Assembly (NCBI GenBank): GCA_002269645.1
Contig: NIVC01000453.1
Coordinates: forward strand, 1-64,000
Reading direction: 5' to 3'
DNA from: Macrostomum lignano
Lineage: Eukaryota
DNA: 64,000 nucleotides
A program made the position numbers and the translations under genes. The stretch's first letter is position 1, and every line of letters begins with the position of its first letter. The notes beneath the pieces were generated by a model, which saw only the letters and a list, made by a program, of their open reading frames with translations, was not told the origin of the DNA and searched no databases. Shown here in pieces: positions 12,621-46,062 of this stretch.

Positions 12621-14069
12621 AAACATAGTTAAAAGCACTGTTCAAGCAAACAGCCGAGTCCAGACAACAATGTCCAAATTAGGAATCTGTAAACTTAAAT
12701 CTGCCAGAGAAAAACACAGAAAACAAGTTCATTCAGCTAATAAGGCGGTGCTTATTAGACGGTTAGCCCCTTGTGTTGACTGACATTAGTACTGATTGAT
12801 TGACACTATATATGCGCAAACAATACTTTTATATGGCGGTACCTAGCGTAGTACAACACTGAAAGAGCTGCCCGACCCAGCAATATCACAGATGGCCAGT
12901 CTGAACAAGGACAAGCAATAAGAGATGATGGCGCGTTTGTTAAAAGAGCATCCAATCGAATGCGGAATATTCTCTAGACAAAGTGGGTCTGAAAAATCTT
13001 ATATTCAATATGGCCGCTATGCGCCGCAGATTTTTACCCTAGAATTGGGGGTGGTGCCAAAATGCAAAAGGCCTGGTCACAACCCTCGGTAGATGAGACA
13101 CTGATAAATAAATACGGTTGAATCGGTCTTTGTCGCTTAATTCCCACTTTTTTATCCAGTGGGTCCAGACTGCGTGATTAAAATCTTGGCTATACGAACG
13201 TAGCAAGTTATTTTTTGCAATTGCAAACGGGTGGCAGTTTGGCACATTCAAGGAGATTTGAACATTGAAACTGGATTTGATATAAGATACGGTTGCTTTT
13301 ATGGTTACAAGCAATGCCTATTTTATTTTTAATATTCGTAATTAAAATTTGTCTATGGTTCTGCCCGCACCACCGACACGGATCAAGAGTTTGCTTCCAA
13401 AAAACCCTTCTCTAGTTGACAATTGCAGTAGGGTATCCTTCGTTCGTGCTGTCCGAAAGGCAGTATAGAGCAATCCAGATTCTTGGCTCTGGGTCCCCTT
13501 GGCAGTGCAAACCACTAACTTTAGTCAGGCTCTCCCTTGATTCTCCTAATTTTACCATCTCTAGACTTTATATTTTACATTAGCTATAAGAAACATTGTA
13601 GCAGTGGACCCATTGTGTCTGAAGCGAGTTTCGAACCCTACTTCTACACTCCCATTTCACAGCTCGATGACTTGCTTGCGTTCTGAACAACCGTTTTCAT
13701 GGGGGGGGGGGTCTTGGGGATATCCTGACGTGTCTTTCTTCCCTGCATTCGCTTCCCGTCATTTCCTGTGTCATTTTTTAACTCTCCACCCACTCAACTG
13801 GACTGCTGACTGGCTGAATTAATTATATTTAAATCAAAAGGAAATTATGCTAATATTAAAAAACATTTGAACCGAATCATCAGTTATTGGCATAAATGCA
13901 AGGACTGCGTTATGCAATTCAAACACACAAACACACACACAGTATGGCTATGGCTTTGGTTTCTTTTCTTCCAAATTAGGAAATCTTAACTGATAATCTA
14001 TGGAATTCGAATGTCAACTTATAAATAGTACCGTTTCTCCGCTATGGCACGCCTAATGACCCCTAATGC

Positions 14070-14640
14070 TCGGCGCCCCAATGTCCTTGTCGGCGCCTTA
14101 ATATCACTGTCGGCGCCCCAATGTCCCTGTCGGCGCCTTAATATCACTGCCGGCGCCCCAATGTCCCTGTCGGCGCCTTAATATCACTGCCGGCGCCCCC
14201 TGTCGGCGCCTTAATATCACTGCCGGCGCCCCAATGATAACTTCGGCGCCAAAATAATAACTTCGGCACCCTAATGATAACTTCAGTGCCAAAATAATAA
14301 CTTCGGCACCCCCCAATGATAACTTCGGCGCCCCCCAATGATAACTTCGGCGCCCCCCAATGATAACTTCGGCGCCCCCCAATGATAACTTCGGCGCCCC
14401 CCAATGATAACTTCGGCGCCCCCCAATGATAACTTCGGCGCCCCCAATGATAACTTCGGCGCCCCCCAATGATAACTTCGGCGCCCCCCAATGATAACTT
14501 CGGCGCCCCCAATGATAACTTCGGCGCCCCCAATGATAACTTCGGCGCCCCCCAATGATAACTTCGGCGCCCCCCAATGATAACTTCGGCGCCCCCCAAT
14601 GATAACTTCGGCGCCCCCCAATGATAACTTCGGCGCCCCA
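14070..14640. repeat. 22/23-bp minisatellite CCAATGATAACTTCGGCGCCCC with a variant 5' block
   Basis: Direct inspection; explains ORFs 14104-14819. Confidence 0.92.
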
Positions 14641-15622
14641 AATTCTATAAAAAAGAGTCCGACAAATTCACACCACAAGAAGAGCCACACAAGGCTAGAA
14701 ATATAGTCTGATAGAGTAAAGTCAGACCCATGAGGCATCAGACAGACCGACTCCTGCATTTTTTCTAATAGACAAGATGGTGCAGCTGAAAAATAGGCCA
14801 ATATAAGACTAAGTACCATAGCAGAGGATAAGAAAGAATTATTTAAATCAGCTTAGTCAGACAGATAGAGAAAGAGCTGGTCAATTGTCCTACACAGGGC
14901 TCATATATCCATAGCATTGTGTCTGTAGCACACAGCGGGCGGTCTGTCAGGGCCAGTGGCTAAGTTATATTATTATAAGCTATTGCTTTATAAATTAAGA
15001 GCGGTATCATCACACACAGAGAGAGAGAGAGAGAGAGAGGGGGTGCGGTGCGGGCTTGAGCTGGAAAATACAGTCGTCTGTTGCTCAACTGACCGTCTGC
15101 TACTCCGGCCGGCCGGGTAAAGGGCTGCTTTTGTGCTATACCGGGAGACCACGGGGGGGTTAGTGACAGTAAGTTTGTGACTGTATGCGATCGGTCTTAA
15201 TAGAAGTAAGCCAAGGGTAAAAGACAGAGCGGTCAGAGTCACCCACCCACCGACAGAGAAGAAGCTCAGCACCAAAAATTATTATTGAAGCAGTTTAGAC
15301 TCTCCAGATGGCGGATTAAAGACTCCCACATTCAACTGTGCAGGAATATTTGCTAGTGTGGGGAATGCGGAGGGGATAAATGAGGGAAGAGTGGGATCGG
15401 TTAGACAGCTCTCTGGTTGGCTGGGCCAGAGCCTCACCAGCCTCTGCCATTGGCTGTGCACTGTGCTGCCCGCCAACCTCTGCTTTCGCGAAAGCCGGGC
15501 AAGGCCCCGAGCCAGTCTGTTCCACCAACCCGCCGCCCCCCCTCTCTCCGAGCCCCCCTTCAGTCTTTCTATTTCTCTCCTCTCCAGCCCCGCTGCGGGA
15601 CAGGCCGTGTCAAGAAAGCGAG

Positions 15623-15629
15623 TATAAAT
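15623..15629 (+). promoter_or_regulatory. TATA-like element upstream of the Meis start codon
   Basis: TATAAAT about 310 nt upstream of ATG 15934, with no ATG in between. Motif match only. Confidence 0.22.
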
Positions 15630-15933
15630 TTTGACATTTTATTACACATTTTGACAGTCGCGCCTCCCCACTTGCAAGCACAAGCCCCGACTGGCGCTCG
15701 TCAATAATAATTAACCTCTCGCTAGACGGTCGAGCCGCGAAATCCTCTCTCTCTCGATCTCTTCCCCCCCTCTCTCTCTCACTCTCGACTGTCTTCTTCC
15801 CCCCGTCAAGTCCGACTTCATCTGACCAGACTTGAGCTGACAGCTGAGCCATCAACAGGCCCGGGAACAGACACACACACACACACACTCTCTCTCTGTC
15901 CCGTCACACGCAAGTCCCCCATTTCCTGTTCAC

Positions 15934-35677
<19,744 letters not shown>

Positions 35678-36407
35678 CGGACAGACTGACGCCGACACGT
35701 CCCGAGGAACTGCAAGACCGGCACCCTGCCAGCACTGCCGGAACCGTTCCTCCGTTAAAACAGAGTTATTAAATTATTACATTATAATTACATGTCTAAA
35801 CACTGCATACACGGGGTAGAGAGCGTCACTCGGTGTTAAATGTGATTCATTCTTTGCTGCTGTTTGCTATTTGTGTGGAAATTTCATTTGATAAAACAAT
35901 AGGGTTCATTTTCAGAGAGCTTATATACATACATGCGTATATAATTCTGTCAAAGCACCTGTCGAATGTTTTCCTTAACTTACTATTTTAGATAGATACC
36001 CTAGTTTAAATACACACACACAGACACACCGGCCCCCGAGTCCCACATGTTGGTCGCCTGCCGCCACAGCTAGCAACTGAATAACTGCCATTGCCCTGTA
36101 CAGATTTATTATAACAAATTTGATTGAATTTTGCTCGCGTTAAATTTGTTTGTTTGTTCAACGTGCGTGTTTTTTGTTTTTTAGTCACGTAAAACTCTGC
36201 GTCTCATCTGTGGTCGGCTCTGAATATTGCTGTTATTATTATTATTACTATTACAATTACTAATATTTATATATACATACTATAAACTACAGCATATATA
36301 AACACGTGACTGCAGTACGAAAGTCAAATTGAAATTGCTCTAGAAATGTGTTGCCCAGCAGCCGATTCTCAGTTGATGTCGGTCGGCTATTGCTTATCAA
36401 CTTGTTG

Positions 36408-36413
36408 AATAAA
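36408..36413 (+). promoter_or_regulatory. Candidate polyadenylation signal for Meis
   Basis: AATAAA about 730 nt after the stop, following an AT-rich 3' UTR-like stretch; a second AATAAA lies near 36524. Confidence 0.35.
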
Positions 36414-36714
36414 AGATAATTAGTACAGCTCATAAATATACTAAATAATCCTAAACCCTCTTAGTTGAACTGATGTCTGATTTTGCCCATGCAGATTGTA
36501 TTCCTTTCTGCCCCACTCCAAAAAATAAAATTTGTTCAACTGCTTTGAGCGCAAGGATATTCATTCTTGCTGCTCGTGAGCACTGAAGAAGCTTCACCGA
36601 AAGGGTTTCTGGTGTTCCAAACTAATTCAGTTAATACTTTTTTGTTCCTGAATTTTTTAGTTAACTCAACATTTATTATCTGATGTGTACTGGATTTTAG
36701 AAGCTTGGCTTTGG

Positions 36715-37165
36715 GATTGGGAAGATTTGGGATTGTGAAGCTTGGGGATTGTGAAGCTTGGGGATTGTGAAGCTGGGGGATTGTGAAGCTTGGGGATTGA
36801 GAAGCTGGGGGATTGTGAAGCTTGGGGATTGTGAAGCTTGAGGATTGTGAAGCTTGGGGATTGTGAAGCTTGGGGATTGTGAAGCTTGGGGGTTGTGAAG
36901 CTTGGGGATTGTGAAGCTTGGGGATTGAGAAGCTGGGGGATTGTGAAGCTTGGGGATTGTGAAGCTTGGGGATTGTGAAGCTTGGGGATTGTGAAGCTTG
37001 GGGATTGTGAAGCTTGGGGGTTGTGAAGCTTGGGGATTGTGAAGCTTGGGGATTGTGAAGCTGGGGGATTGTGAAGCTTGGGGTTTGTGAAGCGGGGGGA
37101 TTGTGAAGCTTGGGGATTGTGAAGTTTGAGGATTGTGAAGCGGGGGGATTGTGAAGCTGGGGGAT
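36715..37165. repeat. 16-bp minisatellite TTGGGGATTGTGAAGC downstream of Meis
   Basis: Direct inspection. Confidence 0.93.
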
Positions 37166-37879
37166 TCGATACAACATAAAAGTTTTATAAACGTGAATGT
37201 TTAATTAATTAACTCAAATTCCGCATTTTGCACAGCTATATGCTTTTAAACTTTGACGGAAAGTCTCACTCACACAGCCAGGTCTGTGACTGAGTTGAGA
37301 ACTAAATAGCGGACTTTATTTGAGGTTTTATGCGATATCAGGAGCCCCCCCCCCGATCGATAATATCTATCACGCTCTAGCGGGGAGTCGCGGCCGCATA
37401 CGAAATAATTATCTGAGAGACAGATTTTTTCAACAGCTGAAACACCCTGCCAATGCAGCCAGCCTGCCGCAATCCCCCCGATTGTAGGCCAATAAAACTG
37501 TCGCGGTATTAAAAAGGGTTGAATATGGCGGTTTAAGATACAGTACCGGTATATACAACTTTTTGATATATTGCTCACTTGGCCCAGCCAGCGGACCAGC
37601 GCAGGAAAATTACACGCGCGTTTAGCATTTCGATTGAAGAGGCCGGCGGCCCAATATGGTCGACTAATTTTTTGGGGATTCGCCGTTTTTTTATCTTGAA
37701 TTGGATCGGCTAAATGAGTGTTTGTTTGCTGTGGGGCGCGTGGGTTCGCGTTTTTTGGGAGATTGCGGCTGCACAGATGGAGGCAAATGCAGGCATTCTG
37801 GCTGGACAACAGGTGGGATATTAATGGGTTGAATGAATTGGGGATATTGTTAGTGCCAGACACCGGAAGCACTCATTTG

Positions 37880-38790
37880 TGGCGAGATTTTCGAGATATC
37901 TATGGGGATTTTCGGGAGATTCTTGGAGAGATTTTCGGGAGATTCTTGGAGAGATTTTCGGGAGATTCTTGGAGAGATTTTCGGGAGATTCTTGGGAGAT
38001 TTTCGGGAGATTCTTGGAGAGATTTTCGGGAGATTCTTGGAGAGATTTTCGGGAGATTCTTGGGGAGATTTTCGGGAGATTCTTGAGAGATTTTCGGGAG
38101 ATTCTTGGAGAGATTTTCGGGAGATTCTTGGAGAGATTTTCGGGAGATTCTTGGAGAGATTTTCGGGAGATTCTTGGGGAGATTTTCGGGAGATTCTTGG
38201 GGAGATTTTCGGGAGATTCTTGGAGAGATTTTCGGGAGATTCTTGGAGAGATTTTCGGGAGATTCTTGGAGAGATTTTCGGGAGATTCTTGGAGAGATTT
38301 TCGGGAGATTCTTGGGGAGATTTTCGGGAGATTCTTGGAGAGATTTTCGGGAGATTCTTGGGGAGATTTTCGGGAGATTCTTGGGGAGATTTTCGGGATG
38401 TTCTTGGGGAGATTTTCGGGAGATTCTTGGGGAGATTTTCGGGATGTTCTTGGGGAGATTTTCGGGTGATTTATGGGGAGATTTTCGAGAGATTCTTGAA
38501 GAGATTTTCGGGAGATTCATAGGGAGATTTTCTATAGGTCCATGGGATACTTTCGGGAGATTCATGGAGAGATTTTCGGGAGATTTGTGGGGAGATTTTT
38601 AAGAGATTCATAGTGAGATTTTCGATAGATCCATGGGAAGATTATTGAGAGAGAGATTCATGGGGAGATTTTCTATAGATCAATGAGGATATTTTCGGGA
38701 GATTCCTGGGGAGATTTTGAGGTGTTTGGGAGATTCATGGGGATATTTTTATAAGATTTAAGGGGAGATTTTCAGACTATATTTTCATAG
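37880..38790. repeat. ~24-bp minisatellite GAGATTTTCGGGAGATTCTTGG(A/G), degenerating rightwards
   Basis: Direct inspection. Confidence 0.93.
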
Positions 38791-39509
38791 GCCAATTCTG
38801 GTAAAGTTTACGGGATTATGTTCGGAATCTGTTGCTAGTTGTTCTAATTAGTTTTCTAATAAAGTACGTGGGTGTTTTTAAGAACAGTCAAGTCATTTAA
38901 TTAAATACGAGCTAGTAACTACGATTTCCAAAGCTACACACAGGGATTTCAAACGGGTTCCGCTGACTGGAACGCCGCCGCAAAGCATTTATAAAAATCG
39001 GCGGTTGCTGCAGAAGCAAGTTTTAGACAACTAAATAATAATCAGTTTTAAACTGCCGCTGCTAGGATTGCGGTAGGCGGACGGGGCAGCAAGGCGCATC
39101 CCTCTATTGAATTCTTTTGAACATCCCGCCAGGCCCAGGGGCAGCCACGCGTTCCGCATTCCGAGGACTGCCAATCGACTGTAATATACTTTGCTTTTGC
39201 TATTTTGCTGATGCAGTCCTGGCGCGTACGACTCCGCCCTGCCTCCTCTCTCTCCCTCTGTGTCTGCATTTTATCGGAACAGCTGGTCCCGGGGCTCTTG
39301 ATTGCCCGATGCGCGGACCAGCCGCTTGCGGAATCCTCTATGGCCCGCGATGGTTTTGCAAAAAAAGCACAACACTTATTTTCCGTTTGGTCCAAGTCTT
39401 AGTCCAAGCAGGCCCCGGAATCACTGTCTGGGGTTAGAAATCCTTCCCAGATCTGCAGCTTTTTATAGACAATTGCAGGCTCACAAAGTCACTGGAGATT
39501 AGATTTTAG

Positions 39510-39800
39510 CGCAACAGACTAGATTTTTGCGCCACAGAGTAGATTTTAGCGCCACAGACTAGATTTCAGCGCCACAGAATAGATTTCAGCGCTGCTGACT
39601 AGATTTTAGCGCCACAGAATAGATTTCAGCGCCAAAGACTAGATTTTATAGCGCCGCTGACTAGATTTCAGCGCCACAGACTAGATTTTAGCGCCATATA
39701 CTAGATTTCAGCGCCACAGACTAGATTTTAGCGCCACAGAATAGATTTCAGCGCCAAAGACTAGATTTTATAGCGCCGCTGACTAGATTCTCAGCGCCAA
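39510..39800. repeat. 20-bp minisatellite AGATTTCAGCGCCACAGACT
   Basis: Direct inspection. Confidence 0.9.
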
Positions 39801-40459
39801 GGGTCTCCTCTAGCCATCTCCATCTCTGGTCCACGTTCCTTAGGGTGACTGCAAGTTTCCCGTCAAATTTTAATTTAATTAATAATAATTTCGCATTTCA
39901 GTTTATAAGTCGCAATCAGCAGAATTATTGAGGAGTTGGTCACTCCAGATTCAAGGCTCATAAACTCCTTGATCTAGCTCGTACCTGTGGCTTTATATTA
40001 TTAACTGAAAACAGTTTGCATTGTTGATTCAGAACTGGAAGCTGGAACAGCGGCAGGAAGTCAGGGTGGTAGCGCTGCGGCTCCGCCTTCCATTGCAAAC
40101 CCAGAAATCCGCGGTCCACAAGCGACCCGCGCCTATTTAGAAAATGCCAGTTGTTAGGAGAATATAGGCTGGGAGCAACCTGTAGATAGGAGCAGATTTA
40201 AAACAACCCGCAGTTCGAACTGCGGTGCCTGCATTAGAAGTAAAAAATAACTGGGACCCACCAGTATTAGCTCTCGACCTTTTATTTTGACTCCGACTGG
40301 CTCTCTGTCTCTCTAGTAGCAGTTAGGCGTTAATCCCATTTCAGCCAGTGCCCAAGTAATCCCCACTTTAATCCATTTGCATAAGGTTTGTGGCAGGACC
40401 TATTGCTTGGGAAAGGGGAGAGGTGTGCCAGCAATCTGAGAGTTTAAGGGTCACTACAA

Positions 40460-41580
40460 GGCTGCAGAGTGTGCCATAACCCCGCAGAGGGTGCCAGAGA
40501 GTGCCATAACCCTGCAGAGGGTGCCAGAGAGTGCCATAACCCTGCAGAGGGTGCCAGAGAGTGCCATAACCCTGCAGAGGGTGCCAGAGAGTGCCATAAC
40601 CCTGCAGAGGGTGTCAGAGAGTGCCATAACCCTGCAGGGTATCATAGCACTGCAGAGGGTGCCATAACACTGCAGAGGGTGCCAAGTGCCATAACACTGC
40701 ATAGGGTATCATAGCACTGCAGAGGGTGCCATAACCCTGTGGAGGGTGCCAGAGAGTGCCATAACCCTGCAGGGTATCATAGCACTGCAGAGGGTGCCAT
40801 AACACTGCAGAGGGTGCCAAGTGCCATAACACTGCATAGGGTATCATAGCACTGCAGAGGGTGCCATAACCCTGTGGAGGGTGCCAGAGAGTGCCATAAC
40901 CCTGCAGGGTATCATAGCACTGCAGAGGGTGCCATAACACTGCAGAGGGTGCCATAACACTGCAGAGGGTGCCAAGTGCCATAACACTGCAGAGGGTATC
41001 ATAGCACTGCAGAGGGTATCATAGCACTGCAGAGGGTATCATAGCACTGCAGAGGGTATCATAGCACTGCAGAGGGTATCATAGCACTGCAGAGGGTATC
41101 ATAGCACTGCAGAGGGTATCATAGCACTGCAGAGGGTATCATAGCACTGCAGAGGGTATCATAGCACTGCAGAGGGTGCTATAACCCTGTAGAGGGTGCC
41201 AGAGAGTGCCATAACCCTGCAGAGGGTGCCAGAGAGTGCCATAACCCTGCAGAGCGTATCATAGCACTGCAGAGGGTGCCAGAGAGTGCCATAACACTGC
41301 AGAGGGTGCCAAGTGCCATAACACTGCAGAGGGTATCATAGCACTGCAGAGGGTATCATAGCACTGCAGAGGGTATCATAGCACTGCAGAGGGTATCATA
41401 GCACTGCAGAGGGTATCATAGCACTGCAGAGGGTATCATAGCACTGCAGAGGGTATCATAGCACTGCAGAGGGTATCATAGCACTGCAGAGGGCGCCATA
41501 ACACTGCAGAGGGCGCCAAAACACTGCAGAGGGCGCCATAACACTGCAGAGGGCGCCATAACACTGCAGAGAGGGCGCCA
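40460..41580. repeat. Mixed 20/30-bp minisatellite based on CTGCAGAGGGT(ATCATAGCA / GCCAGAGAGTGCCATAACC)
   Basis: Direct inspection. Confidence 0.93.
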
Positions 41581-42054
41581 TCAATGCAGTGGTACCACTA
41601 GGACACTCGCTTAATCCCGCAAAGATATCCTCTCATGGCAGCCTCAGAAAAAACCTATCGAAGCTGACCGAGCTCGCGTCTTCCCCATCGCGCTTGAAAA
41701 ACATGCACGACTAAACAAATAAGCCGCTTCCCTGTTTATTCTACAATGCTATCAAAACTTGTGCGTCGCGGAAGAGCGACTCAGTGGCTGAGGCTCGCTA
41801 CCTTGGCCAGGATTTGCATGTAAATTAAAAGGCTGCCATGCGTAGCCAACTGCACGGCCGAGTGGACAGAGACTGACAGCGGAGAGAGGCAGGGGAGTGG
41901 CTGATCAGATAGTTGAGTAGATACACGCAGACGCGAGTAGGTCAGCAGATAGAGATGCATGTTTCTATCTTTACCATGGTTCGGTGTTGCATTCATTTTT
42001 AATAGAAGTTCGAGACACCACTGAAATATTTATTTGAGACAAAATTATATTTAA

Positions 42055-42144
42055 GACAGTCTGTCAGTGTGTCTGTCTTAGTCTGTCTGACTGTCTGTGT
42101 GCCTGCCTGCCTTTCTGTTTGTCTGTCTGTCAGTCAGTCAGTCA

Positions 42145-42231
<87 letters not shown>

Positions 42232-42253
42232 AGTCAGTCAGTCAGTCAGTCTT

Positions 42254-42290
<37 letters not shown>

Positions 42291-42343
42291 GTCTGTCTGT
42301 CAGTCAGTCTGTCTGTCTTTCTGTCTGTCTGTCTGCCTGTCTG

Positions 42344-42384
<41 letters not shown>

Positions 42385-42385
42385 T

Positions 42386-42423
<38 letters not shown>

Positions 42424-42473
42424 AGTCAGTCAGTCAGTCAGTCAGTTTGTCTGTCTGTCTGTCTGTCTGTCTG

Positions 42474-42536
<63 letters not shown>

Positions 42537-42544
42537 GTCTGTCT

Positions 42545-42583
<39 letters not shown>

Positions 42584-42764
42584 TTAGTGTCTGTCTTAGT
42601 GTCTGTCAGTCTGTCTGTCTTTTTGTCTGTCTTAGTGTCTGTCAGTCTGTCTTAGTGTCTGTCTTAGTGTCTGTCAGTCTGTCTGTCTTTCTGTCAGTCA
42701 GTCAGTCAGTTTGTCTGTCTGTCTGTCTGTCTGTGTCTGTCTGTCTGTCTGTCTGTGTCTGTCT

Positions 42765-42803
<39 letters not shown>

Positions 42804-43010
42804 TTAGTGTCTTAGTGTCTGTCAGTCTGTCTGTCTTTCTGTCTGTCTGTCAGTCAGTCAGTCTGTCTTAGTGTCTTAGTGTCTGTCAGTCTGTCTGTCT
42901 TTCTGTCTGTCAGTCAGTCAGTCTGTCTTAGTGTCTTAGTGTCTGTCAGTCAGTCTGTCTTTCTGTCTGTCAGTCAGTCAGTCTGTCTTAGTGTCTGTCA
43001 GTCTGTCTTT
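42055..43010. repeat. Compound (TGTC)n/(CAGT)n microsatellite
   Basis: Direct inspection. Confidence 0.95.
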
Positions 43011-43674
43011 TTTTACTATCCGTCGGTCTGGTTATTTACTAGACGTATTGGCAAGAAAAAAGAAAATAATAAACTTTGATTGGATCTGAAAGTTGAGACT
43101 AAAACTAAAAGATCGTACAAATCCTTCCGTGTACATGTACTTGGCCCTTGCACTAAGACTATGGGCGCAGGACTAACAGCCGATCAGCGATGATTCATGC
43201 AGAGTCAGCCAGTTCTCAGTGACTTACTAAGCAAGCCGAGAGGGGCTCGATATGCGATGGCCCATCGGTCTGTTTGGGAAGGGCATCTGATAGATAACAG
43301 TCGGGCAGGGGATTTCCTGAGTTGTAAAGAGGAGGCAAGGATGGAGAAACCAGCTGAGAAGACGACTCAAATGAAAAAAACAACTCTTCCTGATCTTAAC
43401 TGACTTTCTCTCAATCTGACGTTGCTGTCGTAAACATGAAATCCCTTAGATAAGTAGCGGGAGTCAAATATCCAATTGATTTTATTGTCCAGGATGTCAG
43501 TCTTGAATTGTAAAACCGCCTTACCGTCCGCATATCTGCAATTATCTGTCTTGCAATCAGTTTGCCTGTTAAGCTGGTAAATCTGAGTGGGCAGACGTTT
43601 GTCCCACCAGACTGTCTGGCTGTCTGTTAGTGTTTGTCTTTGCGTCTGCCTTGCCTTACCGCACGTCTGTAAAA

Positions 43675-43697
43675 CTGTCTTTTTGCCTGTCCATCTA

Positions 43698-43730
<33 letters not shown>

Positions 43731-43849
43731 GTCTGTCTGTCTCTGTCTGTCTGTTTGCCTGTCTGTCTGCCTGTCTATCTGTCTCTGCCTGCCTGCCTGT
43801 CTGTCTCTCTGCCTGTCTGTCTCTGTCTGTCTGTCTCTGTCTGTCTGTC

Positions 43850-43892
<43 letters not shown>

Positions 43893-43993
43893 GTCTGTCT
43901 GTCTGCCTGCCTGTCTGTCTGTCTGTCTGCCTGTCTATCTGTCTCTGCCTGCCTGCCTGTCTGTCTCTCTGCCTGTCTATCTGCCTGTCTGTC

Positions 43994-44064
<71 letters not shown>

Positions 44065-44190
44065 GTCTGTCTGTCTGCCTGCCTGTCTGTCTGTCTCTGT
44101 CTGTCTGCCTGTCTGTCTCTGTCTGTCTGTCTGTCTGCCTGTCTATCTGTCTCTGTCTGCCTGTCTATCTGTCTATCTGTCTGTCTGTCC
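43675..44190. repeat. (TGTC)n/(TGCC)n microsatellite
   Basis: Direct inspection. Confidence 0.95.
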
Positions 44191-44734
44191 AACTGCGGCG
44201 AATCGCTTTCATTCATCTGCTTCATGTTCGCACCGACTAGCTAAAATAACAAAAACAATCAGACACGAGAAAGCAGCCGAGGGCAGAACCACAAATATGA
44301 TGGACGCGAATGCCCGTCCGAGTTCTCCGACTCAAACAGAGCAGGTGCGGATGGGATTACAGAGGCAGCGCATTCTTCTATCATCCCTAAGCCAGTTGAA
44401 ATCCTATGGGGGATCTTCTTAAAGCCTCTCTCCGTTGGTATCCAGAGTTTTCCTACAAGCTAATAATAAATGAAGAAAAATTGCATTCTGCCGGCCATTA
44501 ATCAGATGTCGCTGGGGGGGGGGGGTTTACCTGGGGCAGTTCTGTTTTGACAGACGAACAAACTCAATGACAACACGAGAGATATTAGACAGCAAAGCTT
44601 GGAGAAGGCTCTACTATGTAAATGAGGCGCAGAAGAAAATAATATTCTCTTATTATACTACTATATAGTTGGTCTAGTAGCAATGCCAGATTATGCCAGC
44701 TAAAATAAGCTGTTGCCCGTTATGGTCAGTAGAC

Positions 44735-45000
44735 AGTGAGTGAGTGAGTGAGTGAGTGAGTGAGTCAATCAGTGAGTGAGTGAGTGAGTGAGTGAGTAAG
44801 TGAGTGAGTGAGTGAGTGAGTGAGTCAATCAGTGAGTGAGTGAGTTAGTGAGTGAGTGAGTCAATCAGTGAGTGAGCCAGTGAATGAGTCAGTGAGTCAA
44901 TCAGTCACCCGTCCACCCAACCACTTACTCAATTCAGTCAGTGAGTCAGCTAATGAGTTAGCTAATAATCGAGCCAATGAGTCAATGAATCAGTTAGTGA
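44735..45000. repeat. (GTGA)n microsatellite, degenerating rightwards
   Basis: Direct inspection. Confidence 0.88.
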
Positions 45001-46062
45001 CAAAAATCGTGCTTTAAAATAACATAAAAAAGAGATTACAAACGAAAGCTCGCATAAGCTACAGTACATCTGAGGAATTTTTTTATCAAATAACGATCTT
45101 GAGCTTGTGCTGAAGATTAAATATTATTTATATTTGTACTTGTAAACAGCAAGGCTTACATGCGGTGAAGAAAGTGCACTACGTAAACCGCATAGACAGG
45201 CACAGTTACTCCGTGGCTAAGCTAGATCGTATTTGTTCCATGTCAATCAGTGACTAGAACTATAAATTTTTATAAAAAAGTCGAGTAGTTTCTGATTAAA
45301 ACAAATCATAGTAGCATTTGAGCTTCACTAACAATAACTATCCTTACCATAGTAACAGAAGGCGCCATTTAAATAAAAAAGACACGAGAAGTTAATAAGA
45401 AAACAAACAACTGAAGCTATAGAAAATCGAGTTGATGATAAATAAAACAAGCAAGCTAAAAAAGTTCTGTTTAAAAATAAAGCTTTTGCTTTGATGTTGT
45501 CATAGCAACTAGAGTTGACAATTCATTGAAGGGAAGACGAGAAAATTAGGTAGGTAGAGAAATAGAGATTATAGTGTATCACCGCTCCTACTGATCTCTT
45601 ATTCAAAGTTAATTGCGCAACATATCGGTAGCTGTCCGCAGTAGTCTATGGTCTCCTATTACATATTCTGTAGCTTTGGACGTATTTGGAAGATACTTAT
45701 CTCAATAGTCTGAGACACCGTTTTAATTCTTTATTTAATTTACAAAGCAGATTACACAACATATCGGTAGCTGACCGCAGCAGTTTACAATCTCCTATTA
45801 AATCCACTGTAGCTCCGAATCTGTTCGGAAGATACTTATCTCTATAGTATTAAAACTATAAAACAAACTATAAACTAAAATGTACACAACATATCGGTAG
45901 CTAGCTGTTTGTAGGTCTTTGGGGTACCTGCTGAGAATTCAGAGATTCATTATCAAATTTGTTAGGAACAAAATTACTTTCACAACATATCGGCCATTGG
46001 TACATGCAGTGTACACATCAGACAAATACTATTAGTAGTATTGCAGCAGCTTAATTAACTGC

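Noticed and set aside
12890-13320. Stop-interrupted plus-strand frame that looks like decayed coding sequence
   Set aside because: No recognisable motif; a translated database search would be needed.
15610-15888. Minus-strand ORF containing MAQLSAQ, resembling the MAQ start of Meis/hth
   Set aside because: Wrong strand relative to all Meis exons. The plus-strand micro-exon at 15934 with GTAAGT fits better.
36715-37165. TTGGGG-containing array as interstitial telomere
   Set aside because: The unit is 16 bp, not the TTAGGG hexamer.
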